From Vairimorpha necatrix (taxonomy: Eukaryota), in the NCBI GenBank assembly GCA_036630325.1, contig CP142734.1, forward strand, positions 806,001 to 870,000: a DNA stretch of 64,000 bases. Reading direction: 5' to 3'. Made by a program: the position numbers and the translations under genes. Position 1 is the first letter of the stretch, and each line of letters starts with the position of its first letter. Positions 11,975 to 24,736 of this stretch are shown in pieces. Under the pieces are notes generated by a model. The model worked only from the letters and a program-made list of their open reading frames with translations, ran no database searches and was not told the DNA's origin.

Positions 11975-14900
11975 ATAAAAAGATTTATTGAGGCAATTTA
12001 TCATATATTTTAAATAGTTATAGCACAGCTTTCCCCGGTATCGCTCATGGGGTCGGCTCTTAACAGACTTCGGTTTCTGTAAAATTATTTAGGTTTTTCA
12101 TTTCCGAATTTTCGGCTTCATTCTCATTTCCGACGCCGCCTCTTTAACAGTAGACATAATCGCTAGTACGCTTACAGCTCTAGCCTCTCTTCCTTTTCTG
12201 CATCCTCCTGATTGTATCCTCGTCGTCGTTCCGGATTTATGGACTCTAAAGTCTTCTTAAACACATATTTAATACATGGTAATTGATGAATGCATCTAAC
12301 CACCTCAATACATCTTTTTATAAAATCAAAACCCAACATTCATCACACTTGGCAGCTAAAAGATCCAAAGTCTTCATATGAGATCTACAATGGAAACATT
12401 GTCCATCTTGCCCATAGGGAATATTTCTATCCCGTAGAAAGCAGTAAATTGAGTAAATCTAGCCTGGTTGTTTTCTTTGACAAGCCAGGCAGAATAGTCT
12501 TAAATGCATACTATATCATTTACTCTAGCTTTAAACAACTCTCCACGATTAGTCCTTATGTTGATTTTATTGTTAAGCGCTTATTTTTATGATTCTATTA
12601 GCATCTTCTGGGTTATCTCTCCTACAAAGCTATACCTAATCCTTAGATACTCGTTAATTGTAAACAAGTACAATTTGCTCTATGTTTCTACTTTAAGTAT
12701 CGCTGCCCGTCTTAATGGCTATTTCTAGATCCATCTAATGTTTTATAAATATTCAGAAGCATACTTTCACTTCTATCTTCGATACTTATGAGGCCTCTAC
12801 CCATTTTAGATCTAGGTAGGTATAGTCTTTACTTGCAGGCTGGCTGTAGATGGACCTGGTACTTGAAAAGTACCTGTCGGATATCTAAATCGAGACTTTT
12901 AAAATCTATTCGTTCTGATTTTAATAATCCTACATGATAGTTTATTACTGATATTGCATGCTCGTTTATAGCTCGAATCATATTCTTACGATTTAATTGA
13001 GTCTTGCACAGTTTTTTAACCCTCTTAAGGATCTCACTTCTTACTTTTTCAAAAGTCTCTCTTTTGATAGCACTAGAGGCATCTTCTGTTATTCCAAGGT
13101 TTTTGTATCCTCGATGCCCTTCTAGTACTACTGCATCTTTGCTACAATCACTTCATTTAGTTGCAGACTTACTCCTGTTCATTTCTTAACCTACAGCTGG
13201 GATAAATTTTTTGTTTTCCCATTCATCAGTTTTAAAACGACATCGTTCTCTGCGAGGAGCTTAAGATTTTCAATAAATAGAAGATGGTTTGTTACATAAA
13301 CACTTTCGTGGGTCTGTATCTGTATTCCTACTTTTGGGTAAGTTGAATTCAGTTTCCTGCTCAACGGGTCCATACATAGTACAAACAAAAGCGGCAACAA
13401 GGAATCCCCTTGTAATATGCCTTATTCAATCTTCTAATTCAGTATAGTTTCCGATCCTGATTTTATCTTAATGTGCCACCTTTTAATGGGGACTTCTAAG
13501 AATTTACTTATCCATTGATGTCGATTACACTTGCTAATACACGTTAATAGATAAGAATGGACTACAAAACGTTAACTTTCTTTACATCTATCCACATAGT
13601 ATTCAGCTTGTTTCCATGCTCCCTATTTACTGCTATATTAATCATAGCTTGCTCTTTTGCTCTTTGGACTTTCTAACCGTCCATAATTAGTTCTCTAAGT
13701 AGCCCTCTACTGACTACAATTAGCTGCATTACTTTTGTAGTGCATTTTGTTGTAAGCTTGTAGAGGTTCGACATACAGGTAATAGGCCTGAAGTCGTTAC
13801 CACTAGTGGGGGGGTATCTTTGGGTATTAAATAAGTAATCCTCTTGTAGAACCAATCTTCGAGTTCTTTCCCATACAGGCATACTTCCTTAACAATCTTG
13901 TAAAGGAATATGTTTAGAGCTTCACACTTCTTAATAAAGAAATTTTAGATTCAATCACAGCCTGCAGCCTTCCAATTTGGTAAATATTTAATAATATCTA
14001 CAAATTCTTGCAAGGTTGGGAAAGTGATCTGATCTTGGCTATCAAGAATGTGTTCTAGAAGATACTCCTCGAGACTATTGCAGTCTTCGGACTGCTCTTT
14101 TCTTATTCCACATGTTAGACTAGAATAATCTAATATTTTCTTTGCTTACATTATGATTAACCTCGTTAGCACACTTGAGTTTTTAAGAGAAAATGCTTTT
14201 ATATGGCCCAAAGTCGGGATTTTTACGCCTATACTCTCTGCGTCGGTCTTCGCCCTCTAGCTTCCTTGAGTATATGACTTTCTTCCGTTGAGTATAGCAA
14301 TAGCTTAAGAAGTATCTTGGTGTAAACATGCAAGCATGTTAAGTTCTCGCATTACCTTCTTGGTTTCATTTTTTTCCTCATTTAAAAGTTTACCAAAAGC
14401 CCTGGCCTTTTTGATCAGGTAAATCTTGTCTTTAATCTCAGCATTCTTTTTCAAGATACCAGCCTTTCAATACGAAGGGTAGTGCTTCTTACTGGCCATT
14501 TCTGATAGCAGATCTGTTCAATTTGCAGAGTCCTTGCCATATATGTCATGTCATGTTATGTGGTGGGGATCTAACGTGAGCTATCTACCGTCTTTACTTA
14601 GCTTTAAGTATCAACAGATCAAACTTAAGCAAAAAATCTTCATTGTTCTTTCTACCTAGTCCACGCATGTTCTGATCGAGCTAAGTTTCTCCAAGAATAA
14701 TTTTTGTGCTTTTAGGTATTGCTCGGTTTCGAAGAGACTAGTCAATTCTTTCGTGACAGTTTCGGTTTTCATTTGTTAGGGGTCACTATGAATTCACAAG
14801 CTGTCATTTTTTACCACTATTACTGAGTGCTTTTTCGCTTTGCCCTTTAATTCTGATGAGATCATGTTAGACGTAAATATTTACAGAAGAATTAAGTTGC

Positions 14901-15140
14901 TCATTACCACTCATCATGGCATTCTACCAAATCTATTTATGACTGATGGAAAACTTTCTAAGGCAATTCTTCTTCATTCGCTTCGCTACTCACAAGTACT
15001 GCTGCAAGATTTAAAGGTGAATTGAGTGAACACACTAGTGTGTTCTCAATTGTATTTCTCTATGTGTCTACTGTTTCCAATTCCGTTTCGGAGATTTGTT
15101 TTGTAGTTTTTCCCTCAACTAATGTCCTTGCCCTGATTTA
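11975..15140 (-). mobile_element. Degraded non-LTR retrotransposon (RT, RLE-type family); boundaries approximate
   Basis: Fragmented RT motifs WKAAGCD, DFRPITCMSNLYKLTTKC, QGDSLLPLLFVLCMDPL, NHLLF.. and RLYLPRSKMGRGL with many stops and frameshifts. The 3' end AAAGCTGTGCTATAACTATTTAA is shared with the copies at ~27650 and ~60690. Confidence 0.9.
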
Positions 15141-15149
15141 TTTGTATAT

Positions 15150-15480
15150 CGAAAAAAACTATATTTTAGAGGGCAATGTTGCTTCATAAAAAGGAAAATT
15201 TTTAGACCGCCAGATACTTATAAATGATATATCTCAGCAAAAACAAGTAGAGGTCCAAGCTCCTCATCAGCGAATCGTTTTATCCAACCCGCATGTACGA
15301 GAAATGTAAAGAACTATTTCTCAACATATCTAGTTTTATATAATGAGATCTGCAGTGAATGCAATGGTTGTGTGCAAGCACAACCCTCAAAAACAAAAGA
15401 AATGTTTTAAAGCATGGAACAAAAAGACTCTATCTAATATTTATTATTGATTCTTTCGTTTGAAGACTTTTGGATCTACA
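15150..15480 (+). pseudogene. Second copy of the decayed integrase remnant
   Basis: Nucleotide similarity to 5700-5990 (CCAAGCTC..., TACGAGAAATG, GCAGTGAATGCAATG, CACAACC). Confidence 0.5.
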
Positions 15481-16599
15481 ATTGTTGTGGTTGGTTGATG
15501 ATACAGGTGAAAATAGATTTTAAAGTATAATTTCATTTATGTTCATAAATCAACGATTCTTGAATTCGTATCAAAGTTAGAATATAAATCTTAAACGCTA
15601 GCTTTTCCAGCCATAATTCATTGTGAAAAATAAAAAGTTTAGATATATTATTTTAATCACATTTTGTAACAAAATATTCACAAAGAGAGACATATGAAGA
15701 CTGAAATAGAAACATAAGAGAGAAAAGATACTTCATTTGATTTTTAATTTAGTAGACAGAAATTTTTTTGCTTATTGGTAACAGATATCGTAATTTATGA
15801 GTCAAGGACATCAGTAGAGCTAATCAACCCCTTACTCGGTCTGCAGAATCATTAATATGGAAGAGAATATAATATTAAAACTGTCCAAATGTTAAAATTA
15901 AAGTTGTTTTTCTATTATAACGCCGCTATAAACTCTGTTATAAGATATTTCCCCTACACTTTGTACGAAACCTGGATACAATATACGTACGGGTAATATT
16001 ACAATGAACATACTGATAAAGAAGGAAATGATTTCGTAAGCGATATGGAACATCATATAATAAAATTTGAGAAGACCTAGCTAGAATAGACAATAAATTA
16101 GTTCATAATTCTATCGATGATTTTCTATTTAAAATTTGCTTGGTTTGTCTAAGATTTTGACACTTTAACTAAAACAAAAAACTATGATAAAGTCCTTTTC
16201 GAAGTAAGCCTTTAGAAATAGTAAAAATTTGACTAATTATGAACAAGGTAAAAGTACGACAGTAAGAAAAAAAATATTTTCAATTAATTAAATAAAAAAT
16301 GTGAAACTTAAAAAAGTATTCTTTTTTTCATATTTGATATAATTTAAAAATTTTATTTGATATATTTCATATTTAACACGTTTTATGTTTCTTATTCAAA
16401 ATATATGTTTGCTTTTCTTGAAAGATTGAACCACTTGAACAACGTTTATATAGAATATTGTAGTTTATAGTAATTAATTCTACATTATTTATATACGTAT
16501 TGCCGCGATACTTCATGGACAACTGTGTAACAAAAGCCTAAAATCAATATAGTTTTTAAAAATGTCTATATTGACTCTTTATAATAGAATGCTTTAGTT

Positions 16600-16966
16600 A
16601 GTCATCAGTAGTGCAATTAAAAATGCCGGGCTGGTGATGTGGCGGTGTAAGGAGCCGGGTGTAAAATAAAAATGATTGTGAGAACCGTTGAGTTTGTATG
16701 ATGATGTTAATCTTAAGGCTATAGACAGCCATGCCCGTTAAGTATATCCGCTGTGAGATCACTCTAGATCCGATTTGAGGTATAAGAGAAAAGTATTCTC
16801 CTGGAACCAACCTAGAATTCGACCGAACTTGCTGCAATGGCAAGTTAATGAAAGAAATTTAAGTGAGTTAGAATCTAACAATACCAGTAGATAAGGATCA
16901 CTTTTAAATTCCTCTGGTCCCTATCTAAGGGTTCTCTCTATCTCTTAATTTCAAAGTTAAAAAAAC
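16600..16966 (+). mobile_element. 5'-truncated SINE copy (same family as 35933-36681)
   Basis: Shares GCCGGGCTGG..ATGTGG, CCATGCCCGTTAAGTATATCCGCTGTGAG and CCTCTGGTCCCTAT; ends in a short A-tract. Confidence 0.85.
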
Positions 16967-17809
16967 CTCTGATGCAACTAATAGCAGCGTAGGCAATATG
17001 TAATAACAACTAAGATAAGGAGAAGATAATATAACTACTGAAGCGATATCCAAAACGCTTCTTGGAAGTTGTTTATTTTTTTATACTTTCAAAGAGGAAT
17101 TTCGAAAGTAAAAGCAAGAAGGAGAATAATCGTAAGCACTTATGTCACACACATCCTTCCTGTACCTAGTAAGGTCAAGTAGGACTCTAAGACTTGAACC
17201 CCTCGGCCGTCACATCTCAATTACGGCCGAGTCATGGACGTACACAAAATTTCTTCGTCAACAAACAATGACGAATAAGAAAATGTCTAATCTGGTGAAT
17301 AATGCCAGAATATGGAAAGCTGTACAAGGGACCAGCTTTCCCTCCAATATATGATAAGTTTGACACTTATTAAAAATAAAATATAAAAGGATGAATTTAA
17401 GCCCTACACGTTGGCATGAAAGATTTAAGAATTAATAAACATTTTAAGAATTACAATTATTTAAACAAGCCGAGCTGCCAGGAAGGCAGCTCGCACCACA
17501 ACTTATATCATTAAAAATGTAAATTAAGTGTTACCTTATACACGAAATCGAAATGTTAATTGTTGTATTACTATCATATTAATCATTAAGATTTTTTATC
17601 TTTTAATCTTGTTTTTAGTAAATTAACTGTTAAAAAAGGAATAACTTCAGACATGGAAACTCGAACACATTTTCTACATCCTAAAATTAATTATATATTA
17701 AAATATGGATATATAATAAGACGAATCAATATAAGGATATGGTTTATAGTGTTTACATTTTCAAAAAAAACATTTGAGAATATAAATAAATTTATTTTAT
17801 TTTTAAATT

Positions 17810-17910
17810 AAAAGAGCACGGTAATCTGAGTACTAGTGTCTGTTTCTTCATTTTTTACAGTTCATTTTTTGGTTTTGAAAAAATAAACAAACCCCATTGA
17901 GGCGAGGAAT
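17810..17910. repeat. Fragment of the CAGCCCC-MITE family
   Basis: TAATCTGAGTACTAGTG...TTCATTTTTTGGTTTTGAAAAAATAAA resembles 10561-10640 and 27725-27800. Confidence 0.5.
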
Positions 17911-18129
17911 GTTATAGAATCCTTTAGCCCCTTCGACATCTTTATGTATTTTATTTAGTATTTTTTACATCGAATTTTTTTGAAAATTGCATAAATATCA
18001 ATATCAAAATCAGACGATTACTAAAATTTTTAGCCTTTTCTTTTTATTATCTTATTCTATGCATGGGCTTTAAATCATTATAATTACTGTTGAAGGAATA
18101 ACGAGCCAAATATCAACCAAATATCTATT

Positions 18130-19110
18130 TAATGGCATTTAAACTACAAATTCGAGGGTTAAATAGACCACTTGAAGCGTTTTAGACTAAAAATATTTTT
18201 TATAAAAAACCACCCTTTTGAAAAGCCAAAACGGCAAATACGGTATAAAATAATTAAATTATCTTAGTAATAAATAACTTACAAAGTATATTTTTAGCAT
18301 AAATCTTATTCATTAATTGTAATCATGTTCTTGTTTTGGGCTTTGCTAAAATCTCATTTTTTACTCCATTTAATTTCCTCCAAAAAATGTATGTATGGCA
18401 GCCATTAGAAGTGTTTACAACTTTAGTATTAGATACAGTTTTATTTCAGCAAAATGGTCTTTTTCATTGTAATACTTAAAGCAATCACTGTGTACTACTA
18501 ATTTACAGCATGCATGATTTTAAAACAGTTCTTCTATGGTGTTAGCTTTTCTATTCTTGCTAAAATATTATTATCATTCTTTAAGCGGTTCTTTTAACCA
18601 TCCCCAAATCCAGACATCATTAACAACGTGTTTTATGTGGTGTTTAACCTTACCAAATTTGTTTTCATCACGGTCCACCATTATTTCTTGGCCAATTTTG
18701 TTACCAGTTAGATTGTATACCTTGTTTTCACTGAGGAAATTGGTTTTTTATTATATGTCTTACATACTTTAGACAATTTCCAGAAATTCACAAATGCAGT
18801 TCGTTTAATTATACGAGAACAAATTTTTTATACATAGCAAAGAGCTCAAGTACATGTCTCTTTGTAATAAAGGGGAAGATCTTTTATAAATTACATCTTG
18901 ATTTAACAAAATTTCAACACATATAGCTACAAATTTGTTTACAGTAGTTGTTTTACAATAAAGATCGCATTATTAACAGTTTATAGTTTTATTTTTGATT
19001 GCTGTTGAAAAATTGTCCATGAGCTCCTCCTCTTGACTTATCAGTTTTGAGTAAAAATGACACTTTGCTTAAATATCCTTTTTAACACAGTAGTTTAAAA
19101 AATTTAAATT
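18130..19110 (-). mobile_element. Decayed Merlin (IS1595/ISXO2-like) transposase remnant; boundaries approximate
   Basis: The minus strand near 18590-18710 gives KIGQEIMVDRDENKFGKVKHHIKHVVNDVWIWG, a degenerate form of VEIDETKIGKNKHNKGKLVKGFWCFG. Confidence 0.55.
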
Positions 19111-19440
19111 AAGTCAATGAATAAACTATTGTTTTCTTAAAGTAGTTTTGAGTACAATAAATACTTCTTTTTAAATTCGTTAATATTTCATCTGTCGAAT
19201 CCTACGTTAAATTACTTTTTTGATCTGTATAATGATTATTATCGTATATACATTTTATTTTGTCAGCTATACATATTCCTTTCTGTGTTCGCATATATAT
19301 TTAATTTCATAACTGTTCTATACTATCACAAAAAATGCAATTATTGAGGCAATTTGATAAATTAAAACTTAATCTGGTCTGAATGATGTTTCTTTTGTTT
19401 GAGATTAATGGCAAAATGTATTTTTTCCAATAATTCGAAT

Positions 19441-19545
19441 GAGATTTGACAGGGAAAAATTATCAATACAGTTGTCAATAATCGGAAAATATCAAATAAC
19501 ATGTCAATCAAAGAACTACTAACAAAGTAGGTCTTTGACATAAAT
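19441..19545 (+). promoter_or_regulatory. Conserved upstream module of family A (TGACA/TGTCA cluster)
   Basis: GAGATTTGACA...TGTCAA..ATCGGAAAA..CAAATAACATGTCAA...TGACA; collinear with 28191-28290 and 49395-49500. Confidence 0.55.
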
Positions 19546-19692
19546 TAAAAAGATGAATCATTAAAAAAAACACTTAACAAAAATTTTACACAAAAAACAG
19601 AACTAAAAAAAATTAAGATTTTATAATTGAATAAAAAATCGAGTATTTTAATTAATTTTCGTTAAAAAAATAAATAAATTTACACCCTCAAA

Positions 19693-21369
19693 ATGAATAT
19701 CTGGTTTTTTTACTTATTATTTAGCACATGTATGAATACGATTTCTCTATTTGTCTTTAGAGATACAAATAACGAGACGATTTTATACATGGGGATAGAC
19801 GAGTATCCGACAAAGACTGATTTTTGTTCATTTGAAATTTTAGAATATGAATTATTAGAATTTCAAAGAAGGTACAATTTTTACGAGTTTATTCCTTGCG
19901 ACGAAGCAGATCTTAAAAATATAGAATTCGAATATGTCCAATATAAAGAACATTTTATATTTGATGACATAAGAAAAAACTTTTTTGAAAGTAGAATTCT
20001 TTTAAAGTCGTGTTTTGATGTAAAATCAGATCATACATATTTTTTATTAGTAAAGGAAAGCACAAAAAATAATAAGATACATTTAGATGCACTAATTAGG
20101 AATAGTATGGAAAAGTTTTTTAGTGTAAGATTAACGGAAGAATCTGTATTAAGTAACAATATTAATGGGTTGAAACAAACAGAAAAAGATAATAATATGA
20201 ATAATTTTATTTCTATTGAAAATAAATCTGTTATAGAACATCAACAAGAAAAAGCCCACATGAAAATGGATTCTTTTGATGTCATTCATGATTCATTTAA
20301 ACCTACAAAAAAATATTATGATTTTAATAAATCTAACACAACTGGGGTAAATAGTATGAGAAAAAACGATAAAACAACAGAGGAAGTTTCTTTTGATAAT
20401 AAACCAGTTTTTAATATGCCAACAATTTATCCAAACCCAGTAAGTTATGGGGGTAATATTGTGGATTTTCAAAATAATAGTCATTTTTACGATATCGAAG
20501 AAAATGATATGCTACTAATTGCTAACGAACAAAATTACGACTTTTCAAGTGTGCATCAACGATCAATTATGAATGAACAAACATGCAAATTTAAAAAAAA
20601 TTGTGGCCTTAACTCCTGTATTCCTCAAAATAACATACAACTAAAAGCTGACGAACAAATATACGACATCCCTAAAAATAGAAAACAAGTAATAATTAAT
20701 GGACAGATATATGATATTCCCCGAGGTCATAAACTATCATTAAATCATGGACATATCTTAGACATTCCAAGATGTCATAAAATTTCAACTATTCAAGAAA
20801 AAATATTTGAAAATAAAAGAATGAATAGGGAAAGTTATGTCCCCATAAATTATAGAAATATAGAGAACAATGAACAAGTAGATTATCAAAATCATTATAA
20901 AATCTCGAACATCGATAGAGAATCTTCTAATAAGCAGCCAATATATTATGAAATAGTTTCTAGTGAGCAACTCTATGATAAATTAGATCATGGAGAATTA
21001 TCAAACATTGAACCTATATATGAAAATATAATATATAGTCAGAAAGAAAAAGAAAAATTAATTGAGGCGACAGAAAAAAAATTACATAGGGACTTAAAAC
21101 AAGATATATGTACTTCTGAATATGATGAAGGATATATTATTCCAAAATCGAGCTTTAGAACTCTAACGAACGTAGAAATGGAAGATAGATCAGTTTATAA
21201 TCTGAAAGATAATGTCTTCGATGATTACAAACTCAAATGCGACGAACAAGAACATATTTATCAAGAAATAGTATCTGAACCTTCTCAAAAAAACAAATTT
21301 AATTCATTAAAGAGGATTGCTAAATGTATTAAGAGGACCAGTATTATTTTCAAAAATAAAAAAAATTAA
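19693..21369 (+). CDS. Secreted family A protein with tyrosine-motif tail (558 aa)
   Basis: CACCCTCAAA precedes the ATG. Hydrophobic N-terminus ending TCMNTISLF; conserved N-domain; tail motifs EQIYDIP, GQIYDIP, QPIYYEI, EQLYDKL, EPIYENI, EHIYQEI; basic C-terminus. Confidence 0.9.
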   Translation: MNIWFFYLLFSTCMNTISLFVFRDTNNETILYMGIDEYPTKTDFCSFEILEYELLEFQRRYNFYEFIPCDEADLKNIEFEYVQYKEHFIFDDIRKNFFESRILLKSCFDVKSDHTYFLLVKESTKNNKIHLDALIRNSMEKFFSVRLTEESVLSNNINGLKQTEKDNNMNNFISIENKSVIEHQQEKAHMKMDSFDVIHDSFKPTKKYYDFNKSNTTGVNSMRKNDKTTEEVSFDNKPVFNMPTIYPNPVSYGGNIVDFQNNSHFYDIEENDMLLIANEQNYDFSSVHQRSIMNEQTCKFKKNCGLNSCIPQNNIQLKADEQIYDIPKNRKQVIINGQIYDIPRGHKLSLNHGHILDIPRCHKISTIQEKIFENKRMNRESYVPINYRNIENNEQVDYQNHYKISNIDRESSNKQPIYYEIVSSEQLYDKLDHGELSNIEPIYENIIYSQKEKEKLIEATEKKLHRDLKQDICTSEYDEGYIIPKSSFRTLTNVEMEDRSVYNLKDNVFDDYKLKCDEQEHIYQEIVSEPSQKNKFNSLKRIAKCIKRTSIIFKNKKN

Positions 21370-22958
21370 GTGCTTTGAATTGAGATTTTTTATTATTGAT
21401 AATTCCTGAAATTATATGTAAAATATGATGTACATATGACATATCCTAGGCGGAGATATCTCTTGATGAGGTTATCGGCATTTTCAGAAGTAAAGCTTTT
21501 TTTATTTTAGCGTTCGTATTAACTTTCTTGCTCACCATGCCCTGTGGGCGTTTTTCACTATTTATACTTTTACATGTTGTTGTTTACAAACAAACAACAA
21601 GAAGTTGTAAAAGCCCTTTCTGGAAAGGAGTATATTGTATCAATACATGGATATGGATTATTTGTTAAGAGTAGTAAACAAATAATGTGATGAGCTATGT
21701 TTTGTTTGATAAGATCATCACAACATACTATTGAAATATCCGAATAGTCGTTAAAAGCCAATTCATAATTTTTGGCATATTGAATACGGGGGTTGATTGT
21801 ATATTTAATGTAATGATTTATTTTTGTATTATTAATTTTGTGTATATCAGCGAATTTTTTAAATTTTAAATTTTATAATCAATATAATATTATAGCTTAT
21901 TTTTTTAATTTCAAAATTTTTCGACCATAAATGCTTTTTACACTTTTTTTTATATTCAAAATTCCAACATATTTGGTATCATACGACCTAAAAAAAAGTT
22001 ATAATTTTATTGTTTTTTAATTAAGTGTTTGAAAGTTTTTACCAAAAATTTATGCTTATACTTTAATTTTAATTTAAAAATAACTGTTTACGATAGGTTT
22101 GCTTTAGATTAGCTAATATATGTTTTTCATATTTTATTCTTTTCTTTCCTTTTTAGTTCTGTTTTATTGTTAATTCTTATTATGATTAAGTTTAATTTGT
22201 TTTATTTATAATTGTACTTTTCATTTGAAAATGATAAGAATGTTCAGAACACAAGATGTTCAAAATTTATTGGACCATCATATATATTTTACTTAAATAA
22301 ACTAATATAGTATTATGAATTAAATATTTTTATATGAAACACTACTAATCGGAAAACCATTTTTTACATAGCCTCTTATGAAATAACGATCCACGAATGT
22401 AGCAATTCGTCGCTTGCATAGTATATTGTATTTCATGTTTCAGTACATTTTTTTAAAAAGCTACAAATTTTTGGCTAGGGATCCATTTATAGACTTTTGC
22501 GGTAAGCTATTAATTTTATTTTTGTTGGAAACTTATTTTTCATTTCATTATATGTATAGTACTAATTCTTGCATTAATAAGCATCATATTCCGGTTATTA
22601 GCGATAACATAATATAGCAGTTGTTACTTTGCCTTTAACATGTGCTATTTTTTTATTGATTCCAATTTTCATTTTTAATATGATTTTCGTACTATTTCTA
22701 CAGGAAAAAACCTTAAAATTATTTTTTGTTAATGTAGATTTTATTTCGTTATTCAATATTGCATTTTTATTTTTTTATTACTTCATAGAAATGTGATATG
22801 TAAAAGATAAAAATATTCGTTATTATTAACTAGTAAACTTATATATGATGCTTTAAACAAGGAGATTTATTTTATGACTTTTCAGATCTTTCACTCTCAA
22901 TTCCAACTGCAATAAGTGATGCCAAGCGGGAGTAGCACCAAGAAGACAATTTTACCTC

Positions 22959-23343
22959 ACAGGAGTTGGGTTAAGAAGCCCCATAGAAAAGATCATGATC
23001 TCTTCTTTGGTTTGATCTTTTCCATTGATATAAAATGTTCGAAATTTCTTTTTATTTTTTTTTGAAACTTTTCCCTTATGAATAAAAAAACTTTCACTCT
23101 AAAAGAAAAATTAAAAGGGTTAGGGAAATTGCTTTAAACAATGAAAACATAAGTATTACTGATCTCGAGTGTGAGTTTACTGAGAAAAATACTCGGTTTT
23201 TTTGGTTTTATTTTTTTAAATTAATTTTTTCCACCTGTTGGCTGAGGGATGGATCTGGATCTCTTTTACTGGCATATAAATTTCATTTTTTTGAAAATCG
23301 TAAAATTCGACTTTAGGGTGAATCTTTTAACCCGGAAACCTGC
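22959..23343. mobile_element. MITE-like repeat, copy A (uninterrupted)
   Basis: Homologous to 24737-24808 plus 25331-25629. Degenerate terminal inverted repeats (CAGG..GGGTTAA / TTAACCCGGAAACCTG). Confidence 0.55.
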
Positions 23344-24236
23344 GGTACTTTGTAATAACAGAAAACCAAATAATTTTAGATTATACAATAATAAATTTAA
23401 CTAATATATTGCAGTTTTTCTAAAACCAATATAATATCACTACACACAATTGTGTTTCTTGTATGGTATGTTTTTGGAGATTAAAGAAAATAATTATAAA
23501 ATATATACCTTCGAACCAAAGTAATTCCTAAATAAAAAGACTTCGGTTAATGATAAAACAGTTAAAAAAATGCATATAATTGATCATATGAAATAAAAAT
23601 TTATCGAAAACTACAAAATGTCTTAAGATAATAGCTAGTAATAATAGCATAAATTAAAATAAAATTTTGTATTTAGATCTATATCGGTTTTGTATTTATA
23701 AAAAAATGCTAAGTTGAACTTTTTATCCGTATAATCACTTTTTTGAGCATTCATTTTAAAGGAAAAACTTTATAATTGGACGTCTTTATATGATGCGATC
23801 GTTAAGTCCTCTTCAGGTCAGTTGTTAACGTCCTAAATAGAGAAAAATCAATAACTACATTTTTTCTAACAATTAAAATATAATATGATACTTGATATGT
23901 ACTTAGAGTATTTTTAATAATCTTTTTTAATTTCTTTATAAATTTTGCAATAGATTAAACGTCTTTCGAGAAAATAAATAAATAGCCTACGTTAAGTAAA
24001 TTAATTTTGCAAATATGTATTAAAAGCGAGATAAAGAATTTGTAAACGAAGTTTGAATTTTTTTTCAAAACCATTACATATAAAAAACAATTATATATTT
24101 CCTACTTAAAAATATATTTAAGTGACTTTAAATTAAGAAAATTATAAATTATAAATGAAAACTTCTACAACCATATGTAAAACTTAAAAATATTTTTTAT
24201 AGTATTTATAAGATAATAGACTTACGAATAAACTCT

Positions 24237-24566
24237 TTACCTTTTTATCATAAAAATAAAACCAATGAATAAATAGATAACAATAATAAAGGGTATTAAA
24301 AAAATTATAGTAATTATGTTTTCATCATAATTTTGTAATTCTTGAAGTGGTCTTGAAATCAATGGAGTTGTTTCATCTTCTTCAATCACATGCGGCTCTA
24401 TGGTTATAGACGTAACACTACTAGAACCCTCTTCTTGTGGATCTTGATGATAATCTATTAGCTTTATAGATTCTAGGCTTAAACACTCGTTTTTCTGATC
24501 TTTTTGATGCTTAGATTTAACAAAAGATACACATAATCGAACAAAAATTTTCTTGGCGAATTCCAT
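24237..24566 (-). CDS. Family B copy 3 (diverged; 109 aa from ATG 24566)
   Basis: MEFAKKIFVRLCVSFVKSKH aligns with LCVSFCEAIH, and CLSLE with CLRSE. C-terminal TM IITIIFLIPFIIVIYLFIGFIFMI. Confidence 0.7.
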   Translation of the reverse strand: MEFAKKIFVRLCVSFVKSKHQKDQKNECLSLESIKLIDYHQDPQEEGSSSVTSITIEPHVIEEDETTPLISRPLQELQNYDENIITIIFLIPFIIVIYLFIGFIFMIKR

Positions 24567-24736
24567 AAGGATGAAAAAAATATCAAAGTTATAAAAATTT
24601 AAACTGTTCAATAATAAATTTTATCTAGTTTTTAAGCAACAGATAGAATTTAGATGCAACTTCCATACTTATAAAATGCAAATTATTTTGCCACAGTACT
24701 TCGTAAAAATTCAAAAAGCACTAGTACACTTCCTGC

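Noticed and set aside
16598..16843. Similar small ORFs 16598-16843 and 36310-36516 as a protein family
   Set aside because: Both are antisense to SINE copies; the similarity reflects the repeat, and start and stop positions are not conserved.
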